64,000 nt of DNA from Acidobacteriota bacterium. GTDB taxonomy: Bacteria > Acidobacteriota > UBA6911 > RPQK01 > CBDAPI01. The position numbers and the translations under genes were made by a program. Below, piece after piece: positions 57,732-64,000 of this stretch. The notes beneath the pieces were generated by a model. That model was not told the DNA's origin, made no database searches, and worked only from the letters and a program-made list of their open reading frames with translations. Within the stretch, counting starts at the first letter, position 1. Every line of letters starts with the position of its first letter. The stretch is from the NCBI GenBank assembly GCA_965249245.1, contig CBDFLV010000002.1:134057-198056 (forward strand). Reading direction: 5' to 3'.

Positions 57732-59420
57732 TCAATGGCCTTCCTTTCCAGTGTTCTCAAGGAAGGCCTTGAGTTTCCTGCTCCTGGAGGGATGTCGTAA
57801 CTTTCTCAAAGCTTTGGCTTCGATCTGACGAATGCGCTCACGGGTGACAGAGAATCTCTGACCAACTTCCTCAAGTGTGTGTTCGCTTCCGTCACCGATG
57901 CCAAAGCGCATCCGGATCACCTGCTCCTCACGGGATGTGAGAGTCTGGAGAACGGATGCAGTCTGCTCCTTGAGGTTGATATTGATGACCGCGTCGGAGG
58001 GCGAGACAACACCACGGTCTTCGATGAAGTCTCCGAGGTGGCTGTCTTCCTCCTCTCCGATTGGAGTCTCCAGAGATATCGGTTCCTGAGCGATCTTCAG
58101 AATCTTCCGAACCTTGCCCACCTGGATATCCATTTTCTCTGCGATCTCTTCCGAAGTGGGCTCCCTTCCATGCTCCTGAACCAGTGCTCGCGAGGTTCTG
58201 ATCAATTTGTTGATGGTCTCAATCATGTGCACTGGAATTCGGATCGTTCGCGCCTGGTCGGCAATCGCCCGGGTAATGGCCTGTCGGATCCACCAGGTTG
58301 CATAGGTTGAGAACTTGTAGCCTCGCCGATACTCAAACTTATCGACCGCCTTCATCAGTCCGATATTGCCTTCTTGAATCAGGTCCAGAAACTGGAGTCC
58401 CCGGTTGGTGTATTTCTTGGCAATGGAGACAACCAGCCTCAGATTGGCCTCGACAAGCTCTTTCTTGGCTATGTCGGCTTCCAGTTCTCCCTGTTTGATG
58501 GTGGCAAGTGTTCTCTTGAGCTCCGTGGGAGTCGCCAGAACCGCATCCTCGATCTCTTTGAACTCCTTCTGAATCTCCCGGCTGCGCAGCTTGATTTTCT
58601 TAACTTCCTCGAGCTTGAGCGAGGATTCCTGCAGCTTCTTGAGCCGCTTCTGTTCCCTCTCCAAAGCCACGATCCGATCCACCGTCATCTTGACCGCGCT
58701 AACAAGCTTCTCGTGGATCGCCGGCGTGAGGTGCAGCTGCTGGACATGCCGGGCAATCGGAATTCTATAGCGGGCCAGCTGGGAAAGGAGTCTCTTGTAA
58801 TTTGCCGTATCCTTCTTGGCGCGTCGAAGCCGGATGCGAATCTTGCCGGCTTCAGTCTCCAGCTTCCTGACCTCGCTGATAAGACGGAGGACCGAGCGCC
58901 GCCGCCTGAGCAGGAGTTCCTCAGTGATCTCATCCTCGACAAACAGAACGAAATTCTTGATATTGACCCTGCCCTCTTTCAGCTCGTCAGCGTGTCTCTG
59001 AATCTCGGCAACCACAACGGGCGAACGGGAAAGTGCCTTCTGGACTGTCTTTTGACCTTTTTCAATCCGCTTGGCGATCTCGACCTCGCCCTCCCGTGTC
59101 AGGAGCGGAACGGTTCCCATCTCTCTCAAGTACATGCGAACCGGGTCGTTGGTTTTCTCGAGGCTCTCCTCAGCGACTTCTGCCCGCCCCACCACGCCGG
59201 CTTTCGGACGGGACTGGCGTTGCGTGGCATCGAACTGCTGCTCGGAGTCGATGACCTCAACGCCCGCATCTCCAAAGAGCTCGAAGATCGCATCCAGCTC
59301 CTCGGGGGATTGAATATCGTCGGGCAACGAGTCGTTCACTTCGTCGTAAAGCAGGTAGCCCTTCTCTTTGCCAAGAACAAGCAGGTCCTTCACGCCTTCG
59401 TACTTATCTTCAAGTGACAA
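57732..59420 (-). CDS. rpoD: RNA polymerase sigma factor RpoD (sigma-70)
   Basis: Region 2 [37 protein letters not shown], plus regions 1.1, 3 and 4. 562 aa. Confidence 0.95.
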   Translation of the reverse strand: MSLEDKYEGVKDLLVLGKEKGYLLYDEVNDSLPDDIQSPEELDAIFELFGDAGVEVIDSEQQFDATQRQSRPKAGVVGRAEVAEESLEKTNDPVRMYLREMGTVPLLTREGEVEIAKRIEKGQKTVQKALSRSPVVVAEIQRHADELKEGRVNIKNFVLFVEDEITEELLLRRRRSVLRLISEVRKLETEAGKIRIRLRRAKKDTANYKRLLSQLARYRIPIARHVQQLHLTPAIHEKLVSAVKMTVDRIVALEREQKRLKKLQESSLKLEEVKKIKLRSREIQKEFKEIEDAVLATPTELKRTLATIKQGELEADIAKKELVEANLRLVVSIAKKYTNRGLQFLDLIQEGNIGLMKAVDKFEYRRGYKFSTYATWWIRQAITRAIADQARTIRIPVHMIETINKLIRTSRALVQEHGREPTSEEIAEKMDIQVGKVRKILKIAQEPISLETPIGEEEDSHLGDFIEDRGVVSPSDAVININLKEQTASVLQTLTSREEQVIRMRFGIGDGSEHTLEEVGQRFSVTRERIRQIEAKALRKLRHPSRSRKLKAFLENTGKEGH

Positions 59421-59495
59421 ACTGGTTTCCTCTCCGTCGCTGTTTGGAAGACAAGCGGATAGTTTAAAATGCGTGGGGACACCAGATCAAGCCGG

Positions 59496-61250
59496 TTACT
59501 CGCCCCCATCCAGTCGTAGCCGATCATGCTCAATCTCGTGCAGCTCTTTTAGGAGTTCGACGATCAAAGGAGACGATGGGTTCATCTCCTCCTCCTTCTT
59601 CAGTTGACTTTGCAGCTGCCGCTTCTTCCGACCGAGTTGCAGCTTGCCCAGGCTGCGGATGCTCTCGAGTGCGATCTTCTCGCTTTTGACTTCAACGTTA
59701 GACTGGAGGCCAATCGTTTCAAGAAGGTGAACATCCCCCGCGTCTTCCAGCGCGTCACGAAGATTAAGGATGCTCGGCTGGCGATTTAGTTCCCATAATT
59801 CAAAGACTTTCTCGAAGAGCCTGTGAGTTGCCAGGCCGGCGACCAGATCCGAGTCAACCCGGGGTTTAAGAAGGGGAGCCAGACCTGGATCCATCAAGGC
59901 ATGGAGGAGAACGAACTCAGCGGGCCGGACTTCAGGAAGGGCGATCTTGCTTGCCGCGGATGTCACCCCTTTCCGAGTCCGAGAACGCCGGACCTGCTGC
60001 AGAATCAGGTCGGGTTCAACTTGCAGACGAGCTGCCACTCTGGAGACATATTCGGACCGCTCAATCCGGTTCCCGATATAGGTTGCCAGGAGACTCACTG
60101 AGTCGGCTATCTCCTGTTTTCCCCGCGGACTGAAAGGGTCGGAGTGCTGGGAAATGTAATAGTCGAGCGCGAAATCAATGCCCGGTTGGGAAGCGATCAG
60201 CTGACTTCTATAGGCCTCGGCGCCATGGCGGTTAATGAAGGTGTCGGGATCAACCTGCTCAGGAAGCTGGACCACATTCACCCGGAGCCCTCCCTCCAGG
60301 AGCAGTTGCACGCAGCGCAGTGCTGCCCGAAGGCCTGCCTGATCGGAATCGTAGGCGAGAATTACCTGTCGCGTGTGTCGCCGTAACAGCTTGACCTGGC
60401 CGTCGGTCAGACTGGTTCCCAGCGAGGCCACCACGTTCCGAAACCCGGCCTGGAAGGGAACGATGCAATCGAAGTAGCCCTCCACCAGGATCGCGCACTC
60501 ACGCCTTCGTATGTCCTGCTTGGACAAATCGAGCCCGAACAGATGCAGGCTCTTCTTGTAGAGAACCGTGTCGGGAGAATTCAGGTACTTGGGAAGTCCG
60601 GCACCAAGGGAACGGCCACCAAAAGCGATCACCCGGCCGGCCGGGTCCCGAATCGGAACCGTAATCCGATCTCGGAAATTGTCGTAGAGCTGCCCGCCGG
60701 GGCTTTCCTTGATCAGGCCGCACTTCAAAGCCTGGGCTTCGGGTAACGCCTTCTCTCGCAGCCATCTGAGCAGTCGATTCCCAGGCGGGGCATAGCCCAG
60801 GCCAAAGCTCTCGATCGTCTCGTCCGCAATTTTTCTCCGCGCCAGATACTCTCGGGCGCTCGAGTTGTCGAGCAGAGCGGTCCGGAAATGAGCCTGAGCC
60901 ACTTCCATCAGGGGAAGGAGTCGGTGGGTGTCCGTTGCCTTCGTCGACTGAGTGCTCTGTGCCGGGAGTGGAATCCCCTGGCGCTCGGCCAGGTGTTCGA
61001 TCGCCTCTGGGAAACTGAGATTCTCAATCAGCCGGATGAATTCGATGACATCCCCTCCGACCTGACAGCCGAAGCATTTGAAAATCTGCTTGTTCGCACT
61101 TACGTTGAAGGAAGGTGTCTTCTCGTTGTGAAACGGGCACAGCCCGATCTCGTTCTGGCCGCTTTTCTTCAAACGCACATAGCCGCCTACAACATCTTTG
61201 ATGTCGTTGCTGGCACGGACTTGATGAATGTAAGGCTCGTCAAAGTTCAT
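59496..61250 (-). CDS. dnaG: DNA primase
   Basis: Zn finger CPFHNEKTPSF...CFGC, and a TOPRIM domain (ILVEGYFDCI). Confidence 0.95.
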   Translation of the reverse strand: MNFDEPYIHQVRASNDIKDVVGGYVRLKKSGQNEIGLCPFHNEKTPSFNVSANKQIFKCFGCQVGGDVIEFIRLIENLSFPEAIEHLAERQGIPLPAQSTQSTKATDTHRLLPLMEVAQAHFRTALLDNSSAREYLARRKIADETIESFGLGYAPPGNRLLRWLREKALPEAQALKCGLIKESPGGQLYDNFRDRITVPIRDPAGRVIAFGGRSLGAGLPKYLNSPDTVLYKKSLHLFGLDLSKQDIRRRECAILVEGYFDCIVPFQAGFRNVVASLGTSLTDGQVKLLRRHTRQVILAYDSDQAGLRAALRCVQLLLEGGLRVNVVQLPEQVDPDTFINRHGAEAYRSQLIASQPGIDFALDYYISQHSDPFSPRGKQEIADSVSLLATYIGNRIERSEYVSRVAARLQVEPDLILQQVRRSRTRKGVTSAASKIALPEVRPAEFVLLHALMDPGLAPLLKPRVDSDLVAGLATHRLFEKVFELWELNRQPSILNLRDALEDAGDVHLLETIGLQSNVEVKSEKIALESIRSLGKLQLGRKKRQLQSQLKKEEEMNPSSPLIVELLKELHEIEHDRLRLDGGE

Positions 61251-61270
61251 TCGGATATTGCATCAGCATT

Positions 61271-63583
61271 TCATTTCAGGCGAACCAGAGTGGCGCCTGC
61301 CTCCATCCTAAAATCGGTGACGTGGGGATGCTCCGCCAGAAAGCCCTGCACTGCCTTGCCCAGGCGACCGCTTCCGAAACCGTGGATGAGCCTGACTTCT
61401 GAAAGCCCGGAGACGAAGGCTCGATCCAGGAATTTGTCAGTGCGACGTAATGCCTCGTCGACCCGCTCTCCGACGAGGCTTAGTTCGCGGTTTGTGTCTT
61501 CGACGATTTCGAGCCGGACATGGGGGCTCGGTTCCAGGATGCGCCGCCCCTTTTGAGCAGGCTCCAACTGCTTCAGTTTGAGCCGCATCCGCTTTCCCTC
61601 AATCTCAACACTCGCTTCGTCTTCATCGATTTCCGTGATACGGGCCATCCTCTTCAGCTCGGGAGCCCACACATTCGATCCAACCTGAAATGCCTGGCTT
61701 TCTGGATTCGGCCTTTTCCTGACCTGAGATTCCTTGCGTAAGCGCTCTCGGAACAACTCCTTCAACCTCTGTTGTTGGCGCTGTATATCTTTCCTCACTC
61801 GAGCCGTTTCAAATCTGTCTCGGATCCTCTTCAGAATCCGCTTTGACTCCGCCTGGAAGTCCTTTTCCAGCGCAGCAAGCTTCTTCTCCAGTTCCTGCCG
61901 GGCCTGGTGCCTCAATCCTCTCTTCTCCTGTTCCACCGCCACCAGGCGCTGCCGAACGTCATCCTGATCCTTTTCGAGCTGCTCGTTCTTCAAACTCAGC
62001 TCCCGACTCTGCTGATTGAGCAGAGCCAGGTGGTCTTCGACTTGCCGCTCGGCACCGGAGAGATAGCTGCGAGCATCCTCCAGGAGTCTGGAGGGGAACC
62101 CCAGCTGGGAAGCGATTTCGAACGCGCTGCTAGCGCCCTGCTGGCCAAAAACGAGCCTAAAAGTCGGAGCCATCGTCTCAGTGTCGAGCTCGACACTGGC
62201 ATTGACGGCGCCCGTTCTGGCAGCAGCAAAAGCCTTGACTCGGTCCAGGTGAGTGGTTACCACAACCACCGCGCCGCGGCTCAACTCGTCCAGAAGCACG
62301 ATCGCGATGGCAGCCCCAAAAGCGGGATCGGTACCGCTGCCAATCTCGTCCATCAGCACGAGCGAGGGAGATTCGATGTTTTTCAGGATCTCGACTGCGC
62401 GCTGTAAACGGGCTGAAAACGTGCTCAGATTCCGGCCAATGGACTGATGATCTCCGATGTCGGCAAGGATCTGTTGGAAGCAGGGGAGTTCTCCCCGATC
62501 GGCAGGGATCGGCAGGCCCGCCTGAGCCATGCAGCAGAACAGACCGAGAGTCTTCAAAGCAACTGTCTTTCCGCCGGCATTCGGACCACTGATGACCAGA
62601 ATCTGTTCCTCCCTGGAAAGCCGTATCGTGATCGGCACAACTCCTGACTGGGAAGCTTCGAGGAGCGGATGCCGTGCGTTTTCCAGGCACAGCTCCCCAC
62701 CGTCGCTGACCACCGGCAGGCAGCAACGATGACGGTGGGCGAACTTCGCCGCCGCCTGACAGGCATCCAGCCGCGCCAGTCGGTCCACCAGGGATGCGAG
62801 TTCGGCGAACTGAGTTCCGGCAGTTTCACTCAGCCGGGCCATCAACTGTCGGATCTTGCGGATTTCCTGGCTCTCACTCTGGAGGAGCCGGTTGTTCAGA
62901 TCGACCGCCTCGAGGGGCTCCAGAAAAACGGTCGCGCCAGACCCGCTGGAGGCATGGACAACTCCGGGGATGCGCGCCTGGGCCTCGACCCTCACGGGAA
63001 GGACGTACCGGTCATTCCTTCGAGTTATGTAGGGTTCGTTGATCAGAAGGCGTGCTGGCCGACTCCTCAGGTAACCCTCCAGGCATTTCTGAACCCTGTG
63101 GCGTTGGGTCTTGATCTGTGCTCGAATTCCGGCCAGTTCCGGATCGGCGGAACTGCGGACTTCAGCATCATCGTTGATGACCCTTTCGATCTCCCGGCTC
63201 AAAAACGAGAGTTTGCGAGCAGGGGCCAGTAGAGCCGAAAGTCTGGATTTTTCCCACTCCCGACAACGACCGGCCAGCCGGGCGGCAAGCCGCACCCCGT
63301 AGGCCAGTCTGAGGAGTTGATCCGGGTTGAGGATGCTCCCCGCCAGGGAGAGCTGGTCCACCGCCTCTGACAGGCCTTCGGCGCCTGAGAGATCGAAGGA
63401 GTGAAGCTTCTCCGCCAGGTCGATCAACTCCTCTACCATCTGGAGCGTACGGGTCGACTCTCGAGGATCAGCGCGGGGACGAAAGTTGTCGATGACCCGG
63501 CGGCCAGCCGAAGTCTGGGCCAGACCCTGAAGCAGCTCCAGGACTTGTTGGAAACCCACCAGCTTCAGCGTCTCGGGGTCCAT
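61271..63583 (-). CDS. mutS2: Endonuclease MutS2 (MutS-related, with a C-terminal Smr domain)
   Basis: Walker A GPNAGGKT, and C-terminal Smr LIHGFGSGRLGKAV. 770 aa. Confidence 0.9.
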   Translation of the reverse strand: MDPETLKLVGFQQVLELLQGLAQTSAGRRVIDNFRPRADPRESTRTLQMVEELIDLAEKLHSFDLSGAEGLSEAVDQLSLAGSILNPDQLLRLAYGVRLAARLAGRCREWEKSRLSALLAPARKLSFLSREIERVINDDAEVRSSADPELAGIRAQIKTQRHRVQKCLEGYLRSRPARLLINEPYITRRNDRYVLPVRVEAQARIPGVVHASSGSGATVFLEPLEAVDLNNRLLQSESQEIRKIRQLMARLSETAGTQFAELASLVDRLARLDACQAAAKFAHRHRCCLPVVSDGGELCLENARHPLLEASQSGVVPITIRLSREEQILVISGPNAGGKTVALKTLGLFCCMAQAGLPIPADRGELPCFQQILADIGDHQSIGRNLSTFSARLQRAVEILKNIESPSLVLMDEIGSGTDPAFGAAIAIVLLDELSRGAVVVVTTHLDRVKAFAAARTGAVNASVELDTETMAPTFRLVFGQQGASSAFEIASQLGFPSRLLEDARSYLSGAERQVEDHLALLNQQSRELSLKNEQLEKDQDDVRQRLVAVEQEKRGLRHQARQELEKKLAALEKDFQAESKRILKRIRDRFETARVRKDIQRQQQRLKELFRERLRKESQVRKRPNPESQAFQVGSNVWAPELKRMARITEIDEDEASVEIEGKRMRLKLKQLEPAQKGRRILEPSPHVRLEIVEDTNRELSLVGERVDEALRRTDKFLDRAFVSGLSEVRLIHGFGSGRLGKAVQGFLAEHPHVTDFRMEAGATLVRLK

Positions 63584-63587
63584 CGCA

Positions 63588-64000
63588 TCACCGGGCGGTT
63601 GGATTCCGCGGTCGGTTGATCAGACTCGCTGCATACCCGGCTCCAAAACCATTATCTATGTTGACCACAGTGACATTCGGAGAACAACTGTTGAGCATTC
63701 CAAGCAAAGCCGTGATTCCCCCGAAGGCTGCTCCGTAGCCAACACTTGTCGGGACAGCAATTACAGGACAGTCGACCAGGCCCCCGACAACGGTGGGGAG
63801 AGCTCCTTCCATCCCGGCCACGGCCACAACCACCGAGCAGTCACGCATGGTCTCTCTCAGACTGAGCAGTCGATGCACACCGGCAACACCGCAGTCATAA
63901 CTGGTGAAAACCTCATTCCCCATCACCCCGGCGGTAACAGCAGCCTCTTCAGCAACCGGGATGTCGGCTGTACCGGCTGACAGAACGGCGATGGTTCCCA
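63588..64000 (-). CDS. larB: LarB-like (PurE-fold) nickel-pincer cofactor biosynthesis carboxylase; the N-terminus lies beyond the window end
   Basis: C-terminal region [64 protein letters not shown] matches the LarB/AIR-carboxylase-related family closely. The reading frame is still open at 64000. Confidence 0.55.
   Translation of the reverse strand, partial: GTIAVLSAGTADIPVAEEAAVTAGVMGNEVFTSYDCGVAGVHRLLSLRETMRDCSVVVAVAGMEGALPTVVGGLVDCPVIAVPTSVGYGAAFGGITALLGMLNSCSPNVTVVNIDNGFGAGYAASLINRPRNPTAR

Overview
This is a high-GC (about 60%) chromosomal window from an unidentified bacterium; the gene content loosely resembles Acidobacteriota, but that is a guess, not established. Most of the window is housekeeping and metabolism. 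Recognisable genes include:
- the 3' end of an acetoacetyl-CoA synthetase gene (minus strand, truncated by the window start);
- an IscS/NifS cysteine desulfurase and an Hsp20 small heat-shock protein;
- tRNA-Phe, an Mpg DNA glycosylase and a PP2C phosphatase;
- the ligA to xseA/xseB/ispA/tlyA and accD/folC blocks;
- a pccB/pccA-like carboxylase pair, transaldolase, nadB, thrC, nrdR, thiL and rnc;
- two tandem OmpA/PKD-repeat outer-membrane paralogs and a BNR beta-propeller protein;
- queC, a bactofilin, a 1173-aa TPR/FG-GAP/ASPIC (CRTAC1-like) protein, and a Rieske/cytochrome b(+c) pair;
- a GT2 glycosyltransferase and a VWA protein;
- tRNA-Met, rpoD, dnaG, mutS2 and a partial larB at the window end.

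The features a standard annotation would not explain are the following.
1. Two copies of a roughly 185-bp GC-rich element bounded by terminal inverted repeats (6436-6618 and 40790-40976). It is either a MITE or a structured RNA.
2. Tandem heptanucleotide arrays (GGTTGAA, CTGGTTA, GATTGAA, GTTCCAA, CCAGAAC, AATTTGG) at twelve or more intergenic sites, several lying directly beside a conserved 24-nt motif ATTCGCTTCGCTCATTGCGGTTCC.
3. Three IS elements with mapped ends: IS1182-like next to tRNA-Phe; IS1380-like with perfect 20-bp inverted repeats and a frameshifted transposase; and an IS4-type element with a 9-bp target-site duplication inside a transporter gene.
4. Several disrupted genes: a pccA-like carboxylase split by a frameshift, a transporter that is frameshifted as well as IS-disrupted, and an OmpA/PKD paralog with an internal deletion.
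5. A 16-mer x4 tandem repeat filling the pccB-pccA spacer.
6. A long imperfect palindrome in the divergent region upstream of queC.

No CRISPR array, prophage or obvious defense island was found.
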